A DNA stretch of 64,000 nt, from the NCBI GenBank assembly GCA_963716175.1, contig OY970296.1, positions 2,080,001-2,144,000 of the forward strand, in the 5' to 3' direction. The notes under the pieces are model-generated. The model saw only the letters and a program-made list of their open reading frames with translations, was not told where the DNA came from and made no database searches. This DNA is from an uncultured Armatimonadetes bacterium. GTDB lineage: Bacteria; Armatimonadota; Hebobacteria; Hebobacterales; Hebobacteraceae. Of the stretch, positions 39,270-49,611 are shown one piece after another. The translations under genes and the position numbers were made by a program. Within the stretch, counting starts at the first letter, position 1, and every line of letters starts with the position of its first letter.

Positions 39270-40031
39270 CTAGAGCGTCCGCCACCCAGGTCCACTCTCG
39301 TGGAAGACCACCTTGAGGCCCGGATAGCCCTCTCTGAGCATCGCCGCGAACCGCCGCAGTCCCAGGTTCTCGCAGGCCGCATGGCTGGTCTCGATCAGCG
39401 CCAGGCCCGCGTCCTCGGCGAAGCGCATCGCGTACTCGTCGGTCTCGCCGCAGATCCCGGCCTCCGCGCCGTTCTCGACGAGCCGCTCCATGAAACCGAT
39501 GTTGACGAACAGGCCCAGCCCTCCCCATGGCAGGCCGACCCGAGTCACCTGGCGCTCCGGATCTCCAGTCACGCGTACCACCGGCATGCCAGTGACCTGC
39601 TTGGCCCGCTCGGCAAGCGCTGCCAGCCGCGTCGGCGGCAGGGAGAACACACGGGCGAATCCCTGGCCGGAGTGGACCGCGTCCAGGCCGAGCGCGGCCG
39701 CGAACTCCTCGAAGATGCACAGCCGATCCAGCTTGCCGTGGGCGCGGTAGATGGCCATGCCGCCTTCGTGCATGAGCTGCATGCGGAGGCGATTCGTGCG
39801 CCAGCACCGCTCGCCATCAATGGGGGCCGACTGGGGGAAGAACAGGGTCTCGTGGCAGATCACCAGATTGCAGCGCTCCGCGAGCGCTTGCTCCAGCGCG
39901 GCCACGGTCGGCATCCAGCAGACGAGCACTGCAGTCACATCGGCCTCCGAGTCGCCGAGCTTGAAGCCCTCCTCAGACCCTGTCTCCGGCTCCCGCTCCT
40001 CCAACCATGCCATCACTTCGCGTGCCTTCAT
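39270..40031 (-). CDS. Nif3-like dinuclear metal center protein
   Basis: G...GD...V, LVICHE, YRAH..LD, ICGE, SHAACE..G. Confidence 0.85.
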   Translation of the reverse strand: MKAREVMAWLEEREPETGSEEGFKLGDSEADVTAVLVCWMPTVAALEQALAERCNLVICHETLFFPQSAPIDGERCWRTNRLRMQLMHEGGMAIYRAHGKLDRLCIFEEFAAALGLDAVHSGQGFARVFSLPPTRLAALAERAKQVTGMPVVRVTGDPERQVTRVGLPWGGLGLFVNIGFMERLVENGAEAGICGETDEYAMRFAEDAGLALIETSHAACENLGLRRFAAMLREGYPGLKVVFHESGPGWRTL

Positions 40032-40448
40032 CTCCGCTCCTCCGAGCCAGTGCCGGGCGACGCCTGGCTGCCCCCTTCCCAGCCCGGGGCTGCCGGTGAG
40101 GTCTGTTTCCGCCCGGCCAGACCGTCCCCTCCCGCGCGCACGAAGCAGGCGGCGGTGTTCGCAGGCGCGAATCGCGATCAGAGTTGGCGCGATCGCGGCA
40201 GGGATGAAGTCCAGGCCGGCGAAACCCGTTGCAGATCCGCACCCTGATCGCGCGCCGGGAACGCTACCGGTGCTACTCTGCGAAGTAGCTTCGCTACGTA
40301 GCACGAGAGGCCGAGGGGGCAGTGCGAAGATACAGAGACAGGAACGCCGGAGGTGTAGCTTACCTCAGGCCCCTTCTTGTGTCAGTCACGCTGGCGATCT
40401 ACACCTATATGATACGCCGATTGCGACAGGTGCCTGAATGAGGATTCG

Positions 40449-41594
40449 ATGACGAAGGCTCACGCGCGAGTGACTGTTCTCGTTCTAGCCTGGATGGCTG
40501 CACTGCTGGGGACTGTCGGCTGCGGCGCTTGGCGCTCTGGCGAACGGGACAGCAGCCTTCTCCAGCGGGAGACGCTCCGCTATGGTACCTACCCAACCTG
40601 GTCAGCAGATGCCCGGAGAGCGGCCGTCCTGGGGAGAGGAGGAGATGGCTACTACGTGGTCCTCTTGGATGCCTCGACAGAGAAGCCCAAGGTAGTCGCA
40701 CGTCGGCCGATCCCTGGCAACGAACCTCCAAGCATATACTCCGCACTGGATGCGACCGGAGCCACGTTGTACTACATTGTCAAGCGAGGAGCGGAGCCGC
40801 ACATACTGAGCATGTGTCTTGCCACCGGCGACGTGAGAGACGTTGTGCGCGGCGTTGACCCGACTCCAAGCCCCGCAGGGCGCGATGTGGCATACGTGTA
40901 CGCGGCTTCGCACGATCTCGCAGAGGGGCTCGCCCTGTATCTTATGCACGAAGATGGGCGCAACGAGAGACTGACCTCTCAGCTTTTCGTGGAGCGATTG
41001 GTCACCTGGTCTCCGGACTCGAAGTGGCTCACTTGCCTGGCGAAGCGGATCGAATCGCCTCGGTATCCAGCCGCTCCGGAGTCTCTCATGTTGGTGTCAT
41101 TGGACTCCACGGCTCCAGAGCAGATCGAAGTGGGGAGGGGAATTGGCGAAGCGTACTGGGCCGTGGGATGGCGTAATCCAAACACCCTCGTATTCATCGC
41201 CTCCAAGGCTGATGCGAATCGGCAGAGCGTGTGGGGGGTCCTGTCCTATGACGTCCGAACCGGTAAGCGCGGCGAGATAGTCCCATTCGGAAGGATGCAT
41301 ATGTCGTTCTCGTCAGTCCAGGTATCCCATGACGCGACGATCGGCCTGTGGCAAGTTTCCGACAACGACAACCGCGCCTTTCGTGTGGCGGACCTGGACA
41401 CAGGTGATTCGGCTGAGGTCCGATTCCCTGAGGGTGTGCATAGCAGCCTATCGCCGAACGGTACGAGCATCCTCGCAGTAGGTCTGGACACGGGATCGGT
41501 TTTCTATGCTCACGGACGGATTCCCGAGAAGACGTGGGACGTGGAGAAGCTCTTGGCCGGAACCGCCGGAGGCGAGACTAGGCCTCGCGAGTAG
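40449..41594 (+). CDS. Putative lipoprotein with TolB-like beta-propeller
   Basis: Lipobox-like GTVG-C; PTWSAD, PSPAG, TWSPDS, SLSPNG repeats; lower GC than neighbours. Confidence 0.7.
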   Translation: MTKAHARVTVLVLAWMAALLGTVGCGAWRSGERDSSLLQRETLRYGTYPTWSADARRAAVLGRGGDGYYVVLLDASTEKPKVVARRPIPGNEPPSIYSALDATGATLYYIVKRGAEPHILSMCLATGDVRDVVRGVDPTPSPAGRDVAYVYAASHDLAEGLALYLMHEDGRNERLTSQLFVERLVTWSPDSKWLTCLAKRIESPRYPAAPESLMLVSLDSTAPEQIEVGRGIGEAYWAVGWRNPNTLVFIASKADANRQSVWGVLSYDVRTGKRGEIVPFGRMHMSFSSVQVSHDATIGLWQVSDNDNRAFRVADLDTGDSAEVRFPEGVHSSLSPNGTSILAVGLDTGSVFYAHGRIPEKTWDVEKLLAGTAGGETRPRE

Positions 41595-41609
41595 GGAAGG
41601 AATCTGGTC

Positions 41610-43083
41610 TTGCCCGCAAGAACGGATGCAGGTGGTGTTAGCGTGAGTTGCGGCGCTGTGGGCGCTACCGTACGCGGTGGCCGCTCGCCGCAGGTGGCGG
41701 ACTGCGGGGGCGGATGGACATGCGTGTGCATGGGACCCAGGCCAAGCGCCGGGCCAGGGGCTCCGGCGGGCCGGCGCATCGAGGTCTGGGCCGACCCGAA
41801 GAGCTGCGACTGCGAGAAGCCTGGCGATCCCTGCACCTGCCAGATGCACGAGCGAGCCTGGCAGGACAGCCAGCTACTGAAAGACGCGCAGTGGGAGGCT
41901 GGGGGCACGTGCCAGAAGGCCGGGGCCGCGGGCGGAGGAGGGGGCGGCGGCGCGGGTGGTGGCGGTGGTGGTATGGGCGGCGGTGGGGGCATGATGGGTG
42001 GTGGAGGGGGCATGGGAGCAGGTGCAGGTGGAGGGGGCGGTGGCGGGGGAACTGGCACGGGTGGCCGAGGGACTGGTGGTGGAGGCGGCTCGGGCGGCTG
42101 TCTGCCAAAGTCCGGGTGTAGACACGAGCAACACAGCGATGGCTGGTATGTGAGATGTCGCTGCAACGAGGGGGATAAGCGGTCGTGGCAATGCCTGTGC
42201 CCACATCCTGAAGACTGGATCAGCCCGGGCCAGGGGCGGGGAGGGTGGGCGCTCCCCGCGCTCCCGGAAAGCTGCAATGGCTGCCACGCGGCGGGAGATC
42301 CGTGCACCTGCCATTCTCTGGCTGATCCGCAAGCCGGGGCCGCTGGGCCAAGGACCCCCACACGTGGCCGACGAGAGAATCGTCACCGGTAAGTGCGTGC
42401 TCTGCGGAACAGGAGGTGGAGGAGGCGGAGGTGGCGGAGGAGGCGGAGAGGGAGGCGGGGCGGCATGTCCTCGTGCTCATGGCGAGGAGGAGTTCAAGCT
42501 AGGGCCCGGCGCGTCATGGACGGCGTGGTGGAAGTTCAGCAACGCTATCCGCCCATATCACCGTGCGCACTTGTCTTGGCCTGAGGGCCCGACGGTGCCT
42601 TTGGAGGACTGCTGGAACATGGACCTCCTGGCGGCCATGAACAGCTTCATTGAGCTCAACTGCAATCGCTTCCTCCAGAACGCTGTTGCGTTTATCGAGA
42701 ACCAACTGCAGCCTGGCCAGGCGCGCAACATACTCTCCATTGAGGCCGGAACTGGCCTGAACTGGCACACTGTGGGCAAGTGCTCAGGCTGGTTATTCAA
42801 CAACCAGCTCGGCAACAGCCTGCTCTTCGGTAGAGGATGTGCAAAGCTCACGGACGCGGGGTTTACCTTCGACTTCGTCTGGAATCTGGAGGACACATGG
42901 AAAGCGTTCGGGGGGTGGGAAGCGCTTCCCAACATCAGCTTCTTTGTCGATGCCAGGAAGCGCTGGACCTTTCATTGGCAGCGGGGCAAGTTCGGGGACC
43001 AGAGGTGCACCTTCGATCCTCCGCCGGCAACTACGTGCTACCCCACGTGTGATCCTGGGAGGCAGGCCAATTGCAGTATGTGA
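41610..43083 (+). CDS. Cys-rich module / poly-Gly linker protein with unique C-terminal domain (frameshift near 42312; N-terminus probably missing)
   Basis: Two CxC..GDPCTC modules separated by Gly tracts, then a ~205-aa non-repetitive domain. Confidence 0.6.
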
Positions 43084-44051
43084 GGCAGCAAGTCTCGCGG
43101 GCATTAGTGCAGTGCGGGGCTGCGGCTGCGGCACTGGCTGGAACCATCGTGGCAGCTCGGTACTTGGCTACCGGGAGCTGGGCTCCAAGAAGTCCCTGGG
43201 GTGTAGGGTCATTTCTGGTTGCGGAGCTCTTTCTGGCTCCGCTCGGCGGGTTGCTTGTGGCCGGCGGCGCGCTATGGCGCCTGTTTGGGAGCCGCGGGAG
43301 CAGAGGCCCGACGAGGGATAATGACGCGGACTCCGTGCGACGTACCATTCTACTGGTCGTAACGGTCATTGTAGCGTTGCTGTCTGCGCTGCTTTTTGCG
43401 GGAGCGCCTTACTTCGTCTCGGCGCCAGTGAATCCTGTGGTGCTGAGCTTGATGCTCGGCTTGGCAGCTTCCCTCTTCAGCGGTCTTGCGCTAGGTCTCA
43501 TCCTGCAGTGTAGGGAGGGCCATCGTGCCGGTTTTGGTGGCCTTGTGGCGGCGGCGACAGTCACAGGCGCGCTGCTCCCCCCAATGATCGTGGCACTTCT
43601 CGTAGCGAGAACTGCATTTCCATCAGCGTCACGTGCGTTCGAGTGGGGGCGGTATGGGTTCCGGCCTGCGGTGCAACTTAGGGACTTGGGCCCCATCACG
43701 CACAAGCTGAGGATGCGTTTCCCTCCAGGAACACGTGTTGCAGGAGGCGAGTTCATCGCTGGCCCAGGGGAGCATCTGTTCGGGAAAATCGAGATCCCAG
43801 CCGCGAGTATACGGCAGTTCCTGAATGGCCAGTCGTTCCAGTGGGGCTTCGCGCGCAAGGCGGCCGACGTTACCATGAATCTGCGTCCCGAGGTCCTGCG
43901 CGGCATCGCGGGTAAGACTCAGGTTGTCTACGCCGGAGCCAACACGCCGAGAGACACAGATTTGCTGTGGGTCGTGCTGTGCAGCGACAAGGGTAATGCG
44001 GTCCTGACGTACCTATGCTGGTGCCGAACAGACGAGGAGGCCGTGTGGTGA
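43071..44051 (+). CDS. Hypothetical membrane protein (about 5 TM plus soluble domain), candidate immunity protein
   Basis: Overlaps the upstream stop; hydrophobic N-terminal half; start codon uncertain. Confidence 0.6.
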   Translation: MQYVRQQVSRALVQCGAAAAALAGTIVAARYLATGSWAPRSPWGVGSFLVAELFLAPLGGLLVAGGALWRLFGSRGSRGPTRDNDADSVRRTILLVVTVIVALLSALLFAGAPYFVSAPVNPVVLSLMLGLAASLFSGLALGLILQCREGHRAGFGGLVAAATVTGALLPPMIVALLVARTAFPSASRAFEWGRYGFRPAVQLRDLGPITHKLRMRFPPGTRVAGGEFIAGPGEHLFGKIEIPAASIRQFLNGQSFQWGFARKAADVTMNLRPEVLRGIAGKTQVVYAGANTPRDTDLLWVVLCSDKGNAVLTYLCWCRTDEEAVW

Positions 44052-44159
44052 CGGCGGCGCCGAGAAAGAGACGAGCTGCTGTTCGACCGAGAGGGCCTGT
44101 GTGGGCATGGGCAGACCTACTGTTCTCGCGGGGACCGGCAACCGTGGGAGACAGTAAGT

Positions 44160-45175
44160 CGGAGCTGGACACGGCCAGAGCGGCGCGATCACCGCTGACA
44201 AAGAGAACTCGCCCTTCGTCGGAGGCGGTGGGAGCGCGACTGCCGGAGAGGCGGTGGTGACCGCAGTGGTGGCGCAAGCCGGGCCATATGCGAGCCTGGG
44301 GCAGGGCGCTGGCATGGGCAGCGGCGGGATGTATGGCGGTGGTGGTATGGGCGGCGGTGGGGGCATGATGGGTGGTGGAGGGGGCCTGGGAGGAGGTGCA
44401 GGTGGAGGAGGTGGAGCAGGCGGTGGTGGCATGGGTGTTGACACGGGCGGAGGAGCAGGGGCCGGGGCTGATGGGGCCGGCGGGGGAGGCGCGGGTGGTC
44501 AGTGGCACGGGAATCTTAGCGTTCCTCCCTGGGCGGAAGGGTGCGGCTGGCCGAATGGACTGGTGGTGTGCCGGTGTCTGGACAGCGACGATTGGCTGTG
44601 CGTGGCCCGCAGCAAGGTGGGACCTCCCAGGGTGGGACCGGTTGGAGTCGCCCTGGGGATTCACAAGCAGAACTGGGTGGACAACCTGTTCTGCTCCTGC
44701 CGGGGCGAGGGCGACCTGTGCTGGGGGACCGAGCACCAGCGGGTGATCCAGGGGGGCAAGATCCTGAAGAACCGGAGCGAGCCGTTCGTGGGGCGGTGTG
44801 TGCGGCGCAGCACCTGGAGGCAAGGCGGCTGGGGCGGGGGCGCGGGCGGAGGGGGAGGTGCCGGTGGAGGGCGTGGCGCAGGTGGAGGTGGTGGCTTCGC
44901 CGGCGGAGGTGGAGGTGGCGGGGGCGGGGGTGGTGGCGGCGCAGGTGCGGGTGGAGGGGCAGGTGGCGGCGGAGGCGGGGGAGGTGCGTGTGTCTGGGGC
45001 CCAGGCCCAGCCCGGGGCCGGGGGCTCCGCCGAACGTGCGCTTCGAGATCTGGGCTGACCCGAAGAGCTGCGACTGCGAGAAGCCCGGCGACCCCTGCAC
45101 TTGCCAGGTGCACTGGCGGGTCTGGCAGGGCCAGCAGAAGATCAAAGATGCCCAGTGGGAGGCGCAGGGGCAGCG
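44160..45175 (+). pseudogene. Second Cys-rich/poly-Gly cassette, no clear start, truncated at a palindromic repeat
   Basis: 44335-44408 near-identical to 41961-42034; 44985-45163 paralogous to 41721-41898 (WADPKSCDCEKPGDPCTCQ). Confidence 0.6.
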
Positions 45176-45184
45176 AGCCCTCTG

Positions 45185-45312
45185 GTCATGCTGAGCCCTT
45201 CGACTGCGCTCAGGGTGAACTCCGCGAAGCATCCCGTCTTCGGTGTCTGTGGAAATGCCGTGATCCCTTCGCTGCACTCAGGGCAGGCCCTTCGAGTACG
45301 CCTCAGGATGAC
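45185..45312. repeat. REP-like palindromic element (gtcatgctgag...ctcaggatgac type)
   Basis: Outer inverted repeat gtcatgctgag / ctcaggatgac with internal cccttcg..cgctcaggg units; related half copy at 57681-57707. Confidence 0.7.
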
Positions 45313-45361
45313 AGACAACGCAAACCAAGACTTCGCGGTCATACCCCGGGTTGTTCGCGGT

Positions 45362-45390
45362 TTGACACAGGCCCGCTCCTCTGCTATATT
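45362..45390 (+). promoter_or_regulatory. sigma70-type promoter
   Basis: TTGACA-17 nt-TATATT with extended TG. Confidence 0.7.
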
Positions 45391-45520
45391 GCGCTTGCTT
45401 CGACCCTGGCGAGGGGGGAAGCGGAACCCAGTGGGTTCTGGTCGTCAGTGTAGCGTTCTGCTGACGGCGGGTATGGCTGTGCCCGCCCTGCAGCACATCT
45501 CTGTGGCGAGGAGAGACTGG

Positions 45521-46225
45521 ATGAGGAAGGCCCGACTTTCACTGTTGGCCGCCCTGCTGCTGTTGGCAGTGGCGGCGGGGGCGGCGTGGGCCGGGGACAT
45601 TGTCACCGTGCCTACCGCCAACCAACTCAAGGCCGGCGAGGCGGATGTGGCGGCCTATTACATCTCGGTGGACCAGGGAGCGCTGATCGCGCCGCTGCGG
45701 CCTCTCGACATCGAGTTCGTGCGCGCCCAGACGCTCTATGTGGGACTGACCGACCGGGTGGAGCTGGATGTCCACCGGTATGATGTGGACAAGGTCGGCG
45801 CGCAGACCATCTTCAACTCTACTTTCATGATCCAGCCGGAGGATCTGACCCGCCCGATCGTGGTGATCGGCGGCCGCGATCTGTCGCAGGCCTACGGGCA
45901 CGCCTCCTACTTCATCTCCGCGGCCAAGACCCTGAACCCGCCGGTCGGCGGCCCGCCAACAATGCCCATCGTACGCCTTCACCTGAGCGTCGGAACCAAG
46001 GACGAGACGCTCTTCGGCGAGGAGCGGCACGAGGGGCTGTTCGGCGGCGTGCAGATGGTGCTCAAGCCGGTGGACCCGATGCTGGGGCTGATCGTCCTCT
46101 ATGATGGGCAGGACATCATCACCGGCCTCACTGTGGTCCCCGAGCCGGGCTGGCCCACCATCAAGGGCGGCACGTTCGGCGGCCACACCTGGGTCGGCAT
46201 CAGCTACACCTTCAACGCCAAGTAG
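45521..46225 (+). CDS. Secreted hypothetical protein, beta-rich with C-terminal aromatic residues (possible outer-membrane barrel)
   Basis: Signal peptide ending AWA, VPTANQL, ends WVGISYTFNAK; RBS gagga. Confidence 0.65.
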   Translation: MRKARLSLLAALLLLAVAAGAAWAGDIVTVPTANQLKAGEADVAAYYISVDQGALIAPLRPLDIEFVRAQTLYVGLTDRVELDVHRYDVDKVGAQTIFNSTFMIQPEDLTRPIVVIGGRDLSQAYGHASYFISAAKTLNPPVGGPPTMPIVRLHLSVGTKDETLFGEERHEGLFGGVQMVLKPVDPMLGLIVLYDGQDIITGLTVVPEPGWPTIKGGTFGGHTWVGISYTFNAK

Positions 46226-46368
46226 CCGAGCGGCCGCAACTGAGGCAACCTGGTCTTCACTGCGTGGCTGCGTGAAGGCGTGCGAATCCGCCCAGGCGGA
46301 TTCACCTGGTACGAAGCGGCTCCGTCCGAAGCGGGGCCGCTTCGCCGCGATCGGGACACTGGAGCGAG

Positions 46369-46812
46369 CTATCGCGCCAGGATCATCCGCATCCCCACCG
46401 CCACCAGCGACATGCCCAGCAGCAGGCTCATGGAGCGCAGGCTGCCCGAGGGCATCATGCGCGCCGCCATCACCACCATGAACAGCGCGAACAGAATGCG
46501 CAAGGTGCTCTGCGGGAGGCGCTGGGCAATGTCCTGACCCAGATAGGCCGCGGGGATGGAGCCCACGGCCAGGGCCAACGCCCCTATCAGGTCGAGGTTG
46601 CCCTTCTTGAGGTAGCCCATCGCGCCCACCAGGGCCGTCGGCACCATCACCGCCAGGGACATGCCCTGCGCGACGTGCTGGGTGTAGCCGGCGATGAGGG
46701 TGAGGAAGGGGACCATGATGATCCCCCCGCCAACACCGAACAAACCGCTGAACACTCCAACCGCCACCCCCAGCAGCGCGTATGACCCATATCTCCACGG
46801 AATCGCCTTCAC
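46369..46812 (-). CDS. TauE/SafE (sulfite exporter) family protein, half-size
   Basis: GVFSGLFGVGGGIIMVP, AQGMSL, PTALVGA. Confidence 0.85.
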   Translation of the reverse strand: MKAIPWRYGSYALLGVAVGVFSGLFGVGGGIIMVPFLTLIAGYTQHVAQGMSLAVMVPTALVGAMGYLKKGNLDLIGALALAVGSIPAAYLGQDIAQRLPQSTLRILFALFMVVMAARMMPSGSLRSMSLLLGMSLVAVGMRMILAR

Positions 46813-46965
46813 CGCAGGCCTCCTACCTCTGCGCGCAGCGGACTGGCGCGAATCTCGGCGCATGCTGCGACCGCATGGCAGTATAGGCAGGACCTCCGCG
46901 GCCTGTCAACGAAGCGTTATCAGCACCGGCCGGCATGCAACGAGTCGGCGGTTCGCAGTTCCCCG

Positions 46966-48558
46966 GTGGGAGGTCAGCGCTTGTCTTTCCTCAACTGGTG
47001 CCTGGCAGCAGCGCCTATCGCGCTGGTCCTGGTGTTGATGGTCGGCTTCCGCTGGGGAGGCGCGAGGGCGGGCCCGGCAGGATGGTTCGCCGCGCTGATC
47101 ATCGGCGCCGCGGTCTACCAAGGCGGCCCGGAGTTGATCGCGTACTCCCAGCTCAAGGGAGTGCTCCTCACCCTCTATGTGCTCTACATCATCTGGATGG
47201 CGCTGGTGCTCTACCAGGTGGTGGAGACTGCGGGCGCGATCAAAGTGATCGGCAGCGGCATCGTACAACTCACCAGCGACCGGGTGCTGCAGCTGCTGAT
47301 CCTGGCCTGGGCGTTCAGCGCTTTCCTCCAGGGGGTAGCCGGGTTCGGGGTGCCCATCGCAGTGGTGGCGCCACTGCTGATAGGGCTGGGTTTCGACCCC
47401 GTGCTGGCGGTGGCCAGCACTGCCATCGGCCATTCCTGGTCCGTGACCTTTGGCGATATCGCCTCCTCCTTCAACGCTCTGATCGCCTCCAGCGGCCTGA
47501 CGGGAGAAGCCCTGGCGCCCTGGTCGGCGGCCTTGCTGGCCATCGCCTGCTTTGGCTGCGGCCTGGCTCCGGTCCACGCCTTCTCGGGTTGGCGCGGGCT
47601 GCGGCGAGGGGCGGCGGCGATTCTGATCATGGGGACGAGCATGGCCCTCACCCAGTATCTGCTGGCGACCCACCGGCTCTGGAACCTGGCCGGTTTCGTG
47701 GCGGGCCTGGTTGGGCTGGCCGTCGGCGTCCTCACCACCCGGCTGCCTATCTACCGGCGCCAGGCCGAAGTTGGAGCGGCAACCACTCCCGGCAAGCCGT
47801 CCCTTCCGCCGGCCATGGGGCTCTGGGTGGCGGTCTCGCCCTATCTGCTGCTGATCGCGATCGTCTCCGCGGCCGAGCTGTGGGGGCCGGCACACCACCT
47901 CCTTGACCAGGTCCAGGCGAGCGTGAGATTCCCTCAGACGGTCACCGGCCTCGGCTGGACCACGCCCGCCGGGCTTGGCAGGAAGATCAGCATCTTCGGG
48001 CACCCCGGGGCTCTGCTGGCGTACACCTCAGTCCTGGCCTATCTGATCTTCCGCGCCGCCGGGCATCTCGGCAGCCACCGTCTTCCCGGCATCTTGCACC
48101 GCACCCTACGGAGCGCCATCCCCTCGAGCATCGGCATCGCCTCCATGGTGGGCATGGCCATGATCATGGACCACTGCGGCATGACCTACACCCTGGCGCA
48201 GGGGTTGAGCAGCGTGCTGGGCGGGTTGTTCCCGTTCCTGTCACCGTTCATCGGCCTGCTGGGGGCGTTCATGACCGGGAGCAACACCAACTCGAACGTG
48301 GTCTTCGCTCCTCTCCAGAAGAGCACCGCCGGCCTGGTTGGGATCAGCGCGCTGGTGATCCTGGGCGCGCAGACCACCGGCGGCGCGCTGGGCAGCATGC
48401 TGGCCCCGGCGAAGGTAATCGTGGGATGCAGCACCACCGGTCTTGCGGGACAGGAAGGCAGGGTGATGCGGATCACGGTGCTGTACGGTCTGCTGCTCAC
48501 CGCGGTGATCGGTGCAGCAACCTGGCTCGCGGTTCTCCTGCAGGGATCTGGAGGGTGA
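46966..48558 (+). CDS. L-lactate permease family transporter
   Basis: FSAFLQGVAGFGVPIAV, GAFMTGSNTNSNVVF, AQTTGGALGSMLAPAK. Confidence 0.88.
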   Translation: MGGQRLSFLNWCLAAAPIALVLVLMVGFRWGGARAGPAGWFAALIIGAAVYQGGPELIAYSQLKGVLLTLYVLYIIWMALVLYQVVETAGAIKVIGSGIVQLTSDRVLQLLILAWAFSAFLQGVAGFGVPIAVVAPLLIGLGFDPVLAVASTAIGHSWSVTFGDIASSFNALIASSGLTGEALAPWSAALLAIACFGCGLAPVHAFSGWRGLRRGAAAILIMGTSMALTQYLLATHRLWNLAGFVAGLVGLAVGVLTTRLPIYRRQAEVGAATTPGKPSLPPAMGLWVAVSPYLLLIAIVSAAELWGPAHHLLDQVQASVRFPQTVTGLGWTTPAGLGRKISIFGHPGALLAYTSVLAYLIFRAAGHLGSHRLPGILHRTLRSAIPSSIGIASMVGMAMIMDHCGMTYTLAQGLSSVLGGLFPFLSPFIGLLGAFMTGSNTNSNVVFAPLQKSTAGLVGISALVILGAQTTGGALGSMLAPAKVIVGCSTTGLAGQEGRVMRITVLYGLLLTAVIGAATWLAVLLQGSGG

Positions 48559-48752
48559 AGGTGTGTGCAGAGCAGACAGGAACGCCGTTCCGGCGCCGTC
48601 ACCGGCTGGCCGGCCAGTCAGTCGCCTTCGTGATCATGATCGCGGCGCCAGTGGAGATGTATCTGGCCGCCGAGGCCGGCACTGTCGGCTGGCTGCTAGC
48701 TGGGGTGGGGGCGATGGCGGCGAGCATGGTCCTGGCGATGTGGTCCAGCTAG
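48555..48752 (+). CDS. Small membrane protein
   Basis: Two hydrophobic helices; overlaps the permease stop (GTGA). Confidence 0.5.
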   Translation: MKVCAEQTGTPFRRRHRLAGQSVAFVIMIAAPVEMYLAAEAGTVGWLLAGVGAMAASMVLAMWSS

Positions 48753-48907
48753 CCGGGTGAGGTCCACTCGCCGTTCCGGAGAGCAGGACCATTGTCTCCA
48801 TCGCGACCAGAAGCGAGCAAGAGGTAGAAGGAAATCGCTGGCGGGAACTGGAATCAGGGGGTGATTGTTGGACGAGGATGCGCTAGCAAGCCGCAAGGGG
48901 GAAGAGC

Positions 48908-49147
48908 ATGGGAAAGGTACTATCCATTCTCATCGGGCTGATCCTGATCGCGCTGGGCGTCTGGGGGGTCATGGCCTGGTCTGACGACGTGCTCGCCTTC
49001 GTCAAGGGGGCGATTGTGATCATGGCGATCATCATCGGCCTGGGGATCTTCGTGTTTGGCATCAGCGAGCTGCGGGCAGGTGGGGAGGAGCCAACGGTGA
49101 TGGAAGCCCCCTCCCCTCCGGAGGGCCCGGCGCAGCCGAGCGCCTGA
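48908..49147 (+). CDS. Small membrane protein
   Basis: Two TM helices with an acidic, Pro-rich tail. Confidence 0.7.
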   Translation: MGKVLSILIGLILIALGVWGVMAWSDDVLAFVKGAIVIMAIIIGLGIFVFGISELRAGGEEPTVMEAPSPPEGPAQPSA

Positions 49148-49241
49148 TGAAACTGCGGCGAGCGGAACTCCGCTCGCCGCAGTGCTATCTCAGCGCTCAC
49201 ATGAGGCCAAGGCGCGCTTCCTGTCACCCCCAGGCCGACCG

Positions 49242-49601
49242 CTACCCCTCCGCTGCTGCTTTCGCCGCCGCCACCACCTGATCGAAGCTGGCCCGATCGC
49301 GCACCGCCAGCTCGGCCAGGCTGCGGCGGTCGAGAGTGATGCCGGCCTCTCTCGCCGCCTGCATGAAACGGCTGTAGCTCAATCCTTGCTCGCGCACCGC
49401 GGCATTGATGCGAGCGATCCAGAGCTTGCGGAACTCGCGCTTGCGCACCCTGCGATCACGGTAGGCATATCGCTTGGCGCGGGCCAGCGTCTCCTTCGCC
49501 GAGCGGAAAAGCCGGTGACGGCCCCCGACGAATCCGCTCGCCTCCTTGAGCACCGCCTTGTGCCGCCTATGGGCGATGGTTCCGCGTTTCACACGTGGCA
49601 T
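49242..49601 (-). CDS. rplT: 50S ribosomal protein L20
   Basis: MPRVKRG...[23 protein letters not shown]...SYSRFM. Confidence 0.98.
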   Translation of the reverse strand: MPRVKRGTIAHRRHKAVLKEASGFVGGRHRLFRSAKETLARAKRYAYRDRRVRKREFRKLWIARINAAVREQGLSYSRFMQAAREAGITLDRRSLAELAVRDRASFDQVVAAAKAAAEG

Positions 49602-49611
49602 GCGCTACTCC

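Noticed and set aside
41940-42040. GGM repeats as a GroEL C-terminal tail
   Set aside because: No chaperonin sequence precedes them; they are internal linkers
41510-45113. Poly-Pro ORFs on the minus strand of the Gly-rich locus
   Set aside because: They mirror the GGN tracts; the Cys-module conservation and the flanking genes support the plus strand
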